From the human T2T-CHM13v2.0 reference genome, Homo sapiens, in assembly GCF_009914755.1 (NCBI RefSeq), contig NC_060925.1: DNA of 64,000 nt, one strand, 5' to 3'. This document shows positions 1-22,988 of the stretch, piece by piece. The position numbers and the translations under genes are program-made. Under the pieces are notes generated by a model. That model worked only from the letters and a program-made list of their open reading frames with translations. It did not search any database and was not told the origin of the DNA. Each line of letters begins with the position of its first letter. Positions within the stretch are counted from its first letter, which is position 1.

Positions 1-679
1 TACCTTCAGTAGTACCCTACTCCTTGAATTAAGTGTAAATTGACATATGTCTGTATCTTTTTATATGGAAGTGGTAGAGATATAATTAAAGGTCATTTTG
101 CTACTTGGTTGATGCTGGCAAAAGTTTCCCTTAACATGGTTGGAAATAATTAATATCTAGTAAAATTTGAATGTTCGCTTTTTGTTATTTCCAAAGATAA
201 TTTACATTGGCAATATTTAATACGTACTTTGTCCATTTTTAGTTTTCTTTGACATTTATTTTTGGGGGGAATCCCATTTCTTATGATTGTATTTGAAATA
301 TTTTGGTATATCTCACTTTCTTTGCATTATATACATTTTCTTTAAAAGATCTTGTTGCATACCAACACATTACCTGCTAATGCTTTTTGTAGGGTGCTGT
401 AAGAGGATGACCAGTTAGAAACTTCAGAGTGATTCTTATGCCAGATTTTTCTGAATCTGACCTAAAGGCCTTAACTTTTAAGTGTTCCTGAGTTCTTTGA
501 ACTTAGCTTGTTTCATATAGCATCATAGTTTTTATTGAATATCTCATTGTTAGAAACATGAATATCTAAGAAACATCTCACAGTTATCATAACTTCAAAG
601 AGATTCAGTCAGTTGTTAAGTAACAGAGTTGAATAGTTTGTGACAGAGTTCATGTGGCCTACAAAGATTAAAATATTTA

Positions 680-904
<225 letters not shown>

Positions 905-1735
905 TCACCAATTTCTGTGCTAGTTGATCAGGCTCACGTGTTTGGAATGGTGATGTTGACAGTCTAAACAAATAATGTTGCCAGGTGCCGTGGCTCACAC
1001 CTGTAATCCCCACACTTTGGGAGGCCGAGACGGGCAGATCACAAGGTCAGGAGATCAAGACCAGCCTGGCGAACATGGGGAAACCCTGTCTCTACTAAAA
1101 ATACGAAAATTAGCTGGGCATGGTGGCATGTGCCTGTAATCCCAGCTACTCGGGAGTCTCAGGCAGGAGAGTCACTTGAACCAGGCAGTCAGAGGTTGCA
1201 GTGAGCCGAGATCATGCCACTGCACTCCAGCCTGGCGACAAAGCAAGACTCTATCTCAAAAACAAACAAATAATGTTAAATCCACTGGAGTCCTGTCATT
1301 TTTGGAAACCATTTGTTGACTTCAGTTTTTTTTTTTTTTTTTTTTTTTTTTTGAGATGGTGTCGTGCTGTGTCACCCAGGCTGGAGTGCAGTGGGGCAAT
1401 CTCAGCTAACAGCAACCTCTGCCTCCCGGTACAGGTGCATTATTTGGATTGTTTTATGAGTGTTCCCTTTTTTGTACTTCTCATGCTTAAACTTTTCACA
1501 TCCTGTCTGCAAAATATAAGGATGCGGCATTTAATTTCCACATGCTGAAGTAAGAACATTATACAAAATAATTTTCAGTCTAACATATAATCTTCATTTA
1601 ATATATGGTGTTTATGATAAGTTGTTCTTGTTTTCCCTGAGATCTTGCTTCTGGGATGTACTTAAAAGTTTAGGCCGGGCGCGGTAGCTCACACCTGTAA
1701 TCCCAGCACTTTAGGAGGCCAAGGTGGGCGGATCA

Positions 1736-2119
<384 letters not shown>

Positions 2120-2492
2120 CTACAGGTGCACACCACCACAGCCAGGTAATTTTTGTATTTTTAGTAGAGACGAGGTTTCACCATGTTGGCCAGGCTGGCC
2201 TCAAACTCCTGATCTCAAGTGATCCGCCTGCCTTGGCCTCCCAAAGTGCTGGGATTACAGGTGTGAACCACTGTGCCTAGCCACAGAAGCTTTTATACTT
2301 TGTTAAGAAAACTAACTTTTGTGGTTTTATATAGACTACATTCATTTTGTCAAACTTAAGGTCTACAGTAAGCATTTTATTCACTTAAGTGAATCTGAGT
2401 AGTAGCAACATTATAGTTCAAATTAGATAGCCAAATATGTACCAAAATTTTGGACCTTTAAAGTAATAGTTGGGACTGGGCACGGTGGCTCA

Positions 2493-2899
<407 letters not shown>

Positions 2900-3504
2900 C
2901 TACACTGACAGTGGGGAAAGCCAAGAGGAACTCCTTGCACAAAAGAAAGCTCTAGAGTTAAAAGGTCCAGCCAGACACCTGTGAGAGTAGGACTGATAAC
3001 AGGAAGGTTGGTTGAGAATCTGTAGTTAAGAATGATTCAAACCTACAGGTTACCTCTCCAATTGCAGGCAAGCTAGATCATTGCCCTTCTACTCAGTGAA
3101 AACCAAAGGCTTATTCACTAGAGGGGTTAAAATGGAGTCCATTGACAGGGGGACTATATTGATAGGGCATTAAAAGCTGTGTAAAGAATTCAGACAACCT
3201 GTAATCCCAGCACTTTGGGAGGCTGAGGCGGGCAAATCACTTGAGATCAGGAGTTCAAGACCAGCCTGGCCAACATGGTGAAACCCTGTCTATACTAAAA
3301 ATACAAAAATTAGGTGGGTGTGGTGGCAGGCACCTATAGTCCCAGCTACTCAGGAGACTGAGGCAGGAGAATCACTTGAACCTGGGAGGCAGAGGTTGCA
3401 GTGAGCCGAGATCACACTGGTGCACTCCAGCCTGGGCTACAGAGTGAGACCCTGCCACAAAAAAAAAGAATTTAGACAGGTTACAAGTTTGCTATTATCT
3501 AGGA

Positions 3505-3710
3505 CAGGAATCAGCAAACTTTTTTTGGTAAAAGGCCAGTTTATAAATATTTTTGGCCTTGTGAACCTTGTGCTCGCTGTGACAGCTATGCAATTCTGAG
3601 AAACAGCCGTGTGCAATGTGTGGTAAATGAATGCTTGTGCCTGCGTTCCAGTAAAACTTTATTTACAAAACCAGGCATAGGCTAAATAGGGGTATAGTTG
3701 GCCAACCCTA
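3505..3710. mobile_element. MER58A (hAT-Charlie)
   Basis: caggaatcagcaaactttt...ggccagt...taaatattt...ccagtaaaactttatttacaaaa...gttggccaaccct. Confidence 0.75.
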
Positions 3711-4824
3711 AGTACCACATTGATATTCTCTTTATCTTCTCTCAGAACTAAGATGTTATAGAATGTTGGCTTACTCCTGTATACATTTCTCAAATCTTCT
3801 ATCTAACACATGGAAGTTACACTTTTTACAGTAAGCTCATATTAGTATCAGCAGTTCACATATACTGACACACAACTGTATGTGAGCATTGAGCAACCAG
3901 CCATTCATAGAGATGATAATGAAAAAACAAAACGTGGATAGTCTCTGCTCTTCTTTTTTATTTTTTTGTTTTTTCTTTTTTTTTATATTTTTAGAGACAG
4001 GGTCTCACCATGTTGGCCAGGCTGTCTTGAACGCCTAGACTCAAGCAATCCACCCACCTCAGCCTCCAGCTGGAGTCTCGGCTTACTGCAACCTCCGCCT
4101 CCTGGGTTCAAGCGATTCTCCTGCCTCAGCCTCCTGAGTAGCTGGGACTACAGGCACATGCCACCATGCCCAGCTAAGTTTTTTTGTATTTTTAATAGAG
4201 ACGGGGTTTGACCGTGTTAGCCAGGATGGCCTCAATCTCCTGACCTTGTGATGCGCCCGCCTTAGCCTCCCAAAGTGCTGGGATTACAGATGTGAGCCAC
4301 TGCGCCCAGCCCAGTCTCTGCTCTTAACTGTCACTAGTAGCCCTGGTAAACCTTTTGTTCTTATTGAAACACAATGGTCCCCAAAAATTAGGGTTTTTAC
4401 AGTATAATTGACTACATAAGGCCATGAAGCTATATTTCCCTGAACAGACGTAAAAATCTATATATTAGGCATTATTGGCTTGTATTTATTTTTCTGGGAA
4501 AGAAAATTGGTGGTGGTAAATTTTTTTATTCTTTTTTTTGTGTGTGTAAATTTTTATTCTCTTGTAATTTCAAGTTTACACAAAAATTACAAGACTAGTA
4601 CAAGGAGCTCCCATATAGCTTATTTGCAAATCTAGCAGTTATTTACCTTTCATCCTGTTTGCTTTTATTTTCTCTTTATAAATACATTTTGGCCGAGCAC
4701 AGTGGCTCACACCTGTAATCCCAGCACTTTGGGAGGCCAAGGCGGGCAGATCACAAGATCGAGAGATCGAGACCAGCCTGGCCAACATGGTGAAACCCCG
4801 TCTCTACTAAAAATACAAAAATTA

Positions 4825-5061
<237 letters not shown>

Positions 5062-6008
5062 CTAATACTTTGGGAGGCTGAGACGGGCAGATGGCTTGAA
5101 GCCGCCAGGAGTTCGAGACCAACCTGGGCTGCAAAGTAAGACCCCCGTCTCTAAAAAAAAAATTAATTAGCTGGGTGTGGTGGCATGCACCTGTAGCCCC
5201 AGCTACTTGGGCGGCTGAGGTGGGACGATTGCTTGAGCCTGGGCAGTCAAGGCTGCAATGAGCTATGATCATTCCACTGCACTCCAGCCTGGGTGACAGA
5301 GCAAGATCTTGTCTCAAGAAAATAAAATATAAATACTTTTTTTTCCTGAACCACTTGAAAATAAGTTGGAGACACTGTGCTCCTTAGTTCCTAAATATTT
5401 CATTGTATTTCCTAAAAGCTGGGATACTCTTACTTAACCACAGTACAGAGAGCAAAATCAGAAATTTGTAACACTGATGTAATACTGTTCTGTAGTTGAC
5501 AGTTCATATTCAAGTTTCATCACATATTCCAATAATACTCTTCCTAGCAATTTTTTTTGTTAATACAGAATGTAATCGAGAACCATGCATGGACTGTAAT
5601 CTTATATCTGGAACAGTTCCCTAGGCTCTCTTTGTGTCACTTGATCATCACATTTTTGAAGAACGTAGGTCAGTTATTTTGAGGGATATGCTTCCATTTA
5701 AGTTTAATGCTTACAGAATGTTGTTTTTGTTTCTTTTAAAGTTGATTTTAATGTGGCGATACTCTTAAAAATCAAGATTAGTTGGGAACATTTCTCCTTT
5801 TACTATGCTTGTCCCAAAATAAATATATACAGCCATGAGCCTTTAAAAAAAATAAAAGTCTGTTTTCATATTAAAGAGAATATAGCAGGCCGGGCAGGAT
5901 TGCTCACACCTGTAATCCCAGCATTTTGGGAGGCTGAGGTGGGCGGATCACCTGAGGTCAAGAGTTCTAGACCAGCCTAGCCAACATGGTGAAACCCCAT
6001 CTCTACTA

Positions 6009-6242
<234 letters not shown>

Positions 6243-6302
6243 CTACTAAAAATGCAAAATTAGCCAAGTGTAGTGGCAAACACCTGTAGTCCCAGCTACT
6301 CA

Positions 6303-10838
<4,536 letters not shown>

Positions 10839-11184
10839 TCAAACAAACATGCCATATAAAGAATATTGAGGCCAGGCCTGGTAGCTCATGCCTGTAATCC
10901 CAGCACTTTGGAAGGCTGATGCGGGCAGATCACCTGAGGTCATGAGTTCGAGACCAGCCTGGCCAACATGGTGAAACTCCACCTCTACTAAAAGTACAAA
11001 AATTATCCGGGCATGGGCCAGGCGCAGTGACTCACACCTGTAATCCCAGCACTTGGAAGGCCAAGGCAGGTGGATCACCAGAGGTCGGGAGTTTGAGACC
11101 AGCCTGACCAACATGGAGAAACCCATCGCTACTAAAAATACAAAATTGTCCAGGTGTGGTGGTGCAAGCGTGTAATCCCAGCTA

Positions 11185-11313
<129 letters not shown>

Positions 11314-11356
11314 TTATCCGGGCGTGGTGGCACACGCCTGTATTCCCAGCTACTCA

Positions 11357-11497
<141 letters not shown>

Positions 11498-11889
11498 TTA
11501 GATGCACTTAGGTTTTTTAAATATGGAGGAAATTTTTTTAAAAAATAAAAGGGGTAGAAGGGAAAGTTAAGGAAATCTCAAGTACAACAAAAAGACAGAT
11601 GAAAAATGAGAAAAAAATGAGCATTTATGAGGTTCAATATTCTAGCAGGAGCTTTGTTTGCTAAACAGTAGATTAAAAAATTATTTCTCACCCACAGTCT
11701 AAAGGCCTAAATGATATTCATCGTATATAATTTGTTACTGTACCATTTTAGACATAAGCGTGGTACTTCTACTGTGTGTTAGAAATGTGATGGTGTACTT
11801 TTTAATTTTTGTAGAGACTGTTTCTAGCTATGTTGCTCTTGAACTCCTGCCTCCCTTGGCCTCTCAAAGTGCTGAGATTACAGGCATAA

Positions 11890-12216
<327 letters not shown>

Positions 12217-12256
12217 TGAGCCACCGTGCCTGGCCAAAAATATTTTTTATAACCTG

Positions 12257-12900
<644 letters not shown>

Positions 12901-13693
12901 ATTTTACTTCTTACAGCCTGGGTAAGGTTCAACATGTGGTATATCATTTGAAAGGTGTAGAAACAGCCATTAAGAGTTTAAGTGACCTTCCTAAGGCCTG
13001 TGGTCTTTCCACTAGACCTCATAACTGATACCATTACATTCTCGTTAATGTAATTTGCAAAAAAAAAAAAAAAAAAGATTAAATCTACTCAGAAAATGAA
13101 CTGTTTTGAAAATTTGTTAAATACCTTGCTTTCTTAATATATACCTCTAAAGCCATGGCAGCCACTTAAAACTCTGAATGGTAGAAGCAGTATGGTTCTC
13201 ACACACATACTTTCCTTCACCTTATCCTCTGCTTAAAGCTTTTGGACAAAGACAAGAAACTATTTTGAATTTTATTGAAAACATAGATTATCCCATTTGA
13301 CTAAAATAATCTCTATACAGTAAGATTTTTAAATGTTCTTTTTTAATGGAAGACTGGGGCAAATGGAAAGAGTGAACTTGCTTTTACACTACATTTAGAA
13401 GACTACAGTAAAGATAATATTTCACAAATTATAGATGTATTTTCACATTACTTTTAATGGCAAAACCACAGTTACTTTGGAACCGATCTAATAATTTACT
13501 GTCAGTTAGCAATCCCTGTAGGATATTTTGATAATGAAAGTTATTCTGAAGAATAAGTATCATGGAAAAAGACTAATTGTATAATATATGTTAAGAAACG
13601 GCCAGGCACGGTGGCTCACGCCTGCAATCCCAGCTCTTTGGGAGGCCGAGGCAGGCGGATCATGAGGTCAGGAGATCAAGACCATCCTGCCTA

Positions 13694-13924
<231 letters not shown>

Positions 13925-16900
13925 CTAGAATAAATGCTTGGTACATGATAGTACTGCATAACTACTGTATAAATGTTGAATTGCTATCCTATCACCTATC
14001 CATCCACATCATCCCTGTGCTCAACTCCACACTGTTTAGCCAGGTGTACCTTCCTCCTGCTCTAACTTCCCTTACCTGTTGAAATTTTACTTATTCCTCA
14101 TTACCATGTCCTTCATTAGACCTACCCAGTTCTCTCAACTGGATCTTAATCTCTACTCTGTTTTCACACAGCACTTTGCTTATACATTGAACTTATTACA
14201 GTCTGAGTTTTGCTTTGCTGTTTATGGGTCTTTCATGGAGTCATGTTTCACTGGATAGGATCTGTGTCTTATGCCTATACCATTACAACAGTCCTATTCT
14301 AGCCCAAATACACTATAAATATTCTTCTGTCTACCAGTATTTATAAACATATAATATCTAGAGGTATATTAATAAGGCTGTGGGTATTTTATTAAACATA
14401 TAAGTACTATTTTAAGTATTCTATATTTTTACAAGTCCGTCTCAATAGAGATCTTGTTTACAATGACCTTTGTGTTCAAAACATAATCATCTGACTTCTG
14501 AAAAACCATATAATCTTTTTTTTTTTTTTTTTGAGACAGTCTTGCCCCATCACCTGGACTGATCACAGCTCATGGGACTATAGGCATGTGCACAGCTAAT
14601 TTTTTAATTTTTTGTAGAGACAGAGCTCACAGTGTTGCCCAGGCTGGTCTCAAACTCCTGTCCCTAGACAGTCTTCCCACCTCGGCCTCCCAAAGTGCTG
14701 GCACCGTAGGTATGAGCCACCACGCCCAGCCAAAAAACAAATTCTTATGTTGAATTAACCCTTTCATTTGCCCTTAAACAGTTTTGTTTAGATGTATCAA
14801 TTAATGTTAAACAATTAATATACTTAACCATCTTTACCCCTTATTTACTGAGTATCTGCCATGTGCCAGATGCTGCTGGCTCTGGGGATCTGACAGTGAA
14901 ACATGGTATGATCTCTTCTGTCATAGAGTTTACTACATTATATGGAAGATAGAAATTAACAAAAAGATGTACTTACAAATTGTAATGTGTGTTCTGAAGG
15001 GGAATAAAGGGTTGGATGAAGATGTTAACATGATTTAAATTGGAGGAGGGTTCAGAAAAGACTTCTGAGAAAGTACAGTGTTACTGTGACCTCGTGTATA
15101 ACTAAGGAATTTGAAGTGAGGGAGATACACAGGGATGGCATTCCAGGAAAGGGATCAGCATGTGCAAAAGCCCTGGGGCAAAAAGGTGGGGAACTTGATT
15201 TAGTTCAAAGGGCTGATGGCCAGTTTGTATCTATAGATGCAACATATTAGCCTTTGGGGACAACATTTAAAAATTATGGAAGGCCAGGTGCAGTGGCTTA
15301 TGCCTGTAATCCCAGCACTTTGGGAGGCCAAGGCAGGGCAGGCAGATCACCTGAGGTCAGGAGTTTGAGACCAGCCTGGCCAACATGGTGAAACCCTGTC
15401 TCTACTAAAAATACAAAAATTAGCCAGGCTTGGTGGTGGGTGCCTGTAATCCCAGCTACTTGGGAGGCTGAGGCAGGAGAATTGCTTGAACCCAGGAGGT
15501 GGAGGTTACAGTGAACCAATACCATGTCATTTCCAGCCTGGGCAACAAGAGCGAAGCTCCGTCTGAAAAAATTATGGAGTACTGTGGTACTTTTCCTATA
15601 TATAACCCATATGTAAAACGTTGATAAACACAAAACTACTATGGGTCAATTAATATCCTAGCACTATACATAAAATATCAGTCAGTATGAAGGACCCTTT
15701 AAATGCTGATTTTCTACTTTGGTTTATATTTTTAATTTTATTAACTATTTCTTGATTATGTATAAATATTATATAACTTTTAAGCTTTGAGTAGCTAGCT
15801 TCCACAAATATTTACTCTTTGGAGATATACATGTATATATAAAATTTGTCTATTTCTAGTCCTTGAACTCCTTGAACAAGCCAAGCTGACACTGACCTTG
15901 GGGCCACTATCATTACTATTTCTACCTGAAAGACTTTTCTCCCCATATCTTCAATTGATCAGTTCTTCCTCATCCTTCAGTCTTACCTTACAAATGGCAA
16001 AGAATCCTTTCCCAACCACCCATCTCATGTTATTCCTGCCTTTCCTGATAGAAACTGTCACATTACCCTCTTTTTTCCATGTGGCACTCCTTTAAATTAT
16101 TTTCCTGTTTAGCTTCATGAGAATGATAATCTTGTCATCCTTATTTACTGTTTTTTACTCCAGTACTTTGAAAAGTGACAAGTACATAGTAAGAACTCAA
16201 TACTTGAATAATGTTTATCTTACAAGTTATGATAGGCTTACGTAATTAAATTGTAAGTCCAAGGGAAAGTACTCCATTTTTCATTTCTTTGTATATATAG
16301 TTCCTAACATAGTAGTTCAGTAAGTTTTTATTGGGGAAAGGGGTTATCTTCTTCTAAAGTGAGCTCGTAATATAGTAATATTGCCAGAAATAAATATGTT
16401 TTCTCCTTTGGCAATCAGCCATCATCCAAAATTCCTCTCCTGAACTCCCATCCTGTATCTCAAGCCACCTGCTAGCAAATATCACCTACATGTCCCATGT
16501 GATTCAAAATCACACATCTCATCTCCCATTGCATCTGCCTACGTACACCACCTCAGCCCAAGCCATTTCCTGTTCAGTTCTCCAAGCCCACAAACCTGGC
16601 CTCTCCTATGATGTCTTCTCAGGCTTATGATAAGGACACATCCTAAGGTTAGATTTTGCTGACATTTATTAAGCATACATCATGCTCCATTAACAATGAT
16701 CATCATATTATGCTGAGAGTCTAGAAAATGTGAAGGGCTGTGAATTTGTCCTGATACGATTCTGCAAGATTGTTTCTCTGGCTGTGCTCAGCAGCCTAAA
16801 TAAGTAAAGGAGAAGGGAAGATGGATTATAAGATTGATCCAGAGTTGGGAGCAAGCTAGATAAATGCAGTGGGAGGAATATGTGGGATGCCAGGTTGTTT

Positions 16901-16947
16901 GAGATTTTGGTGACAGAATGGTTTGGTTGATTAACCCTCAGTTCTTA

Positions 16948-17384
<437 letters not shown>

Positions 17385-18381
17385 CTAAGGAAGGTTCACT
17401 TACTGTTCCAGCAAGAGAGTTAGGTGTTCTCCCCATTACAATTATCATTAAAACAAAAAAGGATCTTCTGCTACCTTTTGGTGGTGACAAGGAAGTGACA
17501 AGACTTCATTCCAATCCGTAACAAGTCTCAGAGAAACAAAACTTAAAGGGATAGAGCACATGGGGGCAGTATTAAAAAGAGCAGAGAAATCAGGCTGAGT
17601 CCCTGCAGCTTAGGGGAACAGATTCAGGTTTGGAGGATTAATAAAATGGGTTTGGGCAATCTCCAACCCTACCCAGCTCCCATACAGGATTTAATTTCTT
17701 AGTTTAGTCCTCTAGTGTCTATAGCAATTTGTATACCTGTTTGTATCACTTATGTACACACATATCTCCCCAGTTACACTGTGATTTCCTTCAGGGTTAG
17801 AAGCTTTATTTTATTCATCCTGATTCCTCAGTCCCAACATAGTACCTGATACATAAAAGGTGCTTAATAAATGCAAGTATGAAGTATGTAACAGGCCGGG
17901 CACAGTGGTTCACACCTGTAATCTTTGCACTTTGGGAGGCCGAGGTGGGTGGATCCTGAGGTCAAGAGTTTGAGACCAACCTGGACAACATGATGAAACC
18001 CATCTCTACTAAAAATACAAAAAATTAGCCACGCGTGATGGCGGGCAACTGTAATCCCAGCTACTTAGGAGGCTGAGGCAGAGAATTGCTTGAACCCAAG
18101 AGGCAGAGGTTGCAATGAGCTGAGATCGCACCACTGCACCCAGCTTGGGCAACGAGTGAAACTCTGTCTCAAAAAAAAAAAAAAAAAAAAAAAGTACTGT
18201 AACAAGTCCAAAAGCCATGTGTTGTAAATAGCAATATTCATCAGTGGCCAGTACATCACTTAAATCACCCTACAGGTCTTTACTGGAATTGCAAAACAAG
18301 CAGTTACTTCTCTGCCTGTTTAGCTATTTTCTTTATTAAAAAAGAAAAATCTAAAGTGCTAATGAGAATTCATTATTTTAG

Positions 18382-18577
18382 GTGATTGATGAGATTTATC
18401 GTGTGTTGAGATATGTCAATTCTACCAGAGCCCCTCAACGAGCTCATGAAGTACTTCAAGAATTAAGGGATATATCCTCTATGGCAATGGAGTACTTTGA
18501 TGAAAAGATTGTTCCAATTTTAAAGAGGAAATTACCAGGATCAGATGTTTCTGGAAGACTCATGGGCTCTCCTCCAG
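18382..18577 (+). CDS. FBXO28: FBXO28 penultimate coding exon (196 nt; VIDEIYRVLRYVNSTRAPQRAHEVLQELRDISSMAMEYFDEKIVPILKRKLPGSDVSGRLMGSPP)
   Basis: Acceptor ttatttTAG at 18379-18381, open frame, donor CCAG|GTATCT at 18577/18578; peptide recognised as FBXO28; phase-1 end joins the next exon in frame (G|TT = Val). Confidence 0.96.
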
Positions 18578-18844
18578 GTATCTCTACTTTATAATCATGC
18601 TTGTACATAATTTTGTAACTTGCTTCCGGTTTTTTTCCACTTAACCAGTGTCTTGAACTTTTCTGTGTTAGTAGTTGTTTATTGGCAGCATCATTTTTAA
18701 TGAGATTGGATTATCAACCATAACTTACACAACTAATCCACTAGTTAGGCTCATTTCTTGTTTCTAGCTTTTCAGTACTTATACTCTGAAGAACAATCTG
18801 AGCGGTCTTGCGACTAAATCTTTGCACATATCCATATTGACTTA

Positions 18845-19159
<315 letters not shown>

Positions 19160-19287
19160 TCAAAAAAAAAAAAAAGAAATAGGATTGCTGGACCAGGCGC
19201 AGTGGCCCACGCCTGTGGTCCCAGCACTTTGGGAGACTGAGGCGGGAGGATCGTTTCAGCCCAGGAGTTCAAGGTGAAAAGTTACAT

Positions 19288-20268
<981 letters not shown>

Positions 20269-20330
20269 ATATTTTTTTATGTTTCTGATGAATTAATATT
20301 CATTTTTTAAAAAACAAATATACCAGATAA

Positions 20331-20585
<255 letters not shown>

Positions 20586-20644
20586 TAGTAGAAACAGGGT
20601 TTCACCATGTTGTTCAGGCTGGTCTTGAACTCCTGACCTCGTGA

Positions 20645-20827
<183 letters not shown>

Positions 20828-21662
20828 TAAATTATTTAATGTCCCTAACTCTGGCAAGTACTTTAAATTAGGAAAGAATTTAGTAAAACTTTTTGTTTTG
20901 TTCAGATTAGTTAGCTCCCTGTAGTACTCAGTGAGGCAACCGAGTGGCTTTCTGTAATTGAGTAATAAAGCCTACACATCTCAGCATTAATGTATCTGTT
21001 ATTTATTGAGTACCTATTATGCGCACAGCACTGTACTGTGTCCTGTGGAGACTAAAAAGAAGTGTAATACGTGGTGTCTGCTCTCAAGGATCTTACTATT
21101 TCAAAAGGTAAGATATACCCAGACTTGAAGTTAAATAAATTATCATAGGCAAAACAAATAAGGCAATGTCCAATTAAATGTCAAATGAGAGCAGAGAAAC
21201 AATTTTAAGGTAGATAAGATCAGTGTTGGCTGGTCTGATGGAAACATCACAGGAAGTAACGATTGATTTAAGCCTTGGTGAATAAGTAGAAGTTGGATAT
21301 GGATAAGCAGAGAGGGAAAGAAGAATGCATCCATAAAGGAAATACAGTTATTTAGATGTGCAAGGAGAAGATTAACATTATGGTTTAGGATATGAATGGA
21401 CCCATCTGGTTCTTTTAGAAAACCTTCAGTAGATAAGTTTAAAAGAAAGTAGGTTCTTTGTTTAAAATAGTTATTTTTATGCTTGTGTTACATTCTAATT
21501 ATTCCTAAAAGAATAGGTCCAAGGCCTTCCTACACCATGTCAGGAATTCTCTGTGGTCATAATGTATGATGTAACCCACTGTTTAGTGGAGTCCCTATCA
21601 TTTGGCTAAAGTTGAAGCCTTTGTATATAACTTAAGTGCAGAGTGAACTTAAGAACACGATA

Positions 21663-21889
21663 CAGGCTGAGTATCCCTTATCCGAATTTCTTAGGACCAG
21701 AAGTGTTTCAGATTTCGGCTTTTTTTCAGATTTTGGAACATTTGCATTACACTTACTGGCTGCACAATCTCTTATCCGCATACCCACATTCCAAAATGCT
21801 CCAATGAGCATTTCCTTGAGCATCATGTTGGTGCTCAAGAAGTTGCAGATTTTGGATTTCAGATTTCTGGATTAGAAACGTGCAACCTG
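21663..21889. mobile_element. Tigger4a/MER46A
   Basis: TA-caggctgagtatcccttatccgaa...ccagaagtgtttcagattt...gcaacctg-TA. Confidence 0.75.
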
Positions 21890-22051
21890 TAGGTGTGTAC
21901 TTCTAACTTGAAAGTTTATGTTTGTTATGTGAATTAGATAGAAAATAATTATTTTCTGGCCGGGCGCAGTGGCTCACGCCTGTAATCCCAGCACTTCGGG
22001 AGGCCGAGGCAGGCAGATCATGAGGTCAGGAGATCCACACCATCCTGGCTA

Positions 22052-22268
<217 letters not shown>

Positions 22269-22593
22269 CTAATTTTACTGCTTGTATTTTGTTACTAGGT
22301 TCTAAAAATATTGTACAGTATTTTAAATTCAAGTTTATGCCATTAAATGCCCTTCTCCGTTTCCTGGCAGTCTACATACTGCCACATGAGCAGGAGAATC
22401 AGAATTTAAACTCATTTATAGTTAAAATAAGGTGTTAAATTATGATGATTAACCCAACTGACCAAATGGATTGCAAAGAAGAAGAAATTATCAGAAGTGA
22501 CATAGTAAGGGTATTCCATTTTTAAATAAGTGTAAGTATTACTGGTAGAGAAACATTTTAAGTGACTGACCCTTTTGAATTATTCCTCCACAG

Positions 22594-22988
22594 TTCCAGG
22601 ACCGTCTGCAGCCCTAACAACAATGCAGCTCTTCTCCAAGCAAAATCCTTCAAGACAAGAGGTTACCAAACTCCAGCAGCAGGTTAAAACAAATGGTGCT
22701 GGCGTGACTGTTCTCAGGCGTGAAATTTCTGAGCTTCGCACCAAAGTGCAAGAACAGCAAAAACAGCTTCAAGACCAGGACCAGAAACTGCTAGAGCAGA
22801 CCCAGATCATAGGTGAACAAAATGCACGGTTGGCAGAGCTAGAACGCAAACTACGAGAAGTAATGGAAAGTGCTGTAGGAAATTCCTCAGGGTCCGGGCA
22901 GAATGAGGAGTCTCCTCGGAAACGAAAAAAGGCCACGGAAGCCATAGACTCTCTTAGGAAATCTAAACGTCTTCGGAATAGAAAGTAA
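22594..22988 (+). CDS. FBXO28: FBXO28 last coding exon: coiled coil, CDK site S344 (SPRK, codon 22911-22913) and basic bipartite NLS-like C-terminus, TAA stop
   Basis: Acceptor ttcctccaCAG at 22591-22593; translation VPGPSAALTT...EESPRKRKKATEAIDSLRKSKRLRNRK*; counting back from a 368-aa C-terminus puts the SP serine at 344. Confidence 0.96.

Noticed and set aside
17466-17488. CTCF-like ccaccaaaaggtagc on the minus strand
   Set aside because: At least three mismatches in the core positions.
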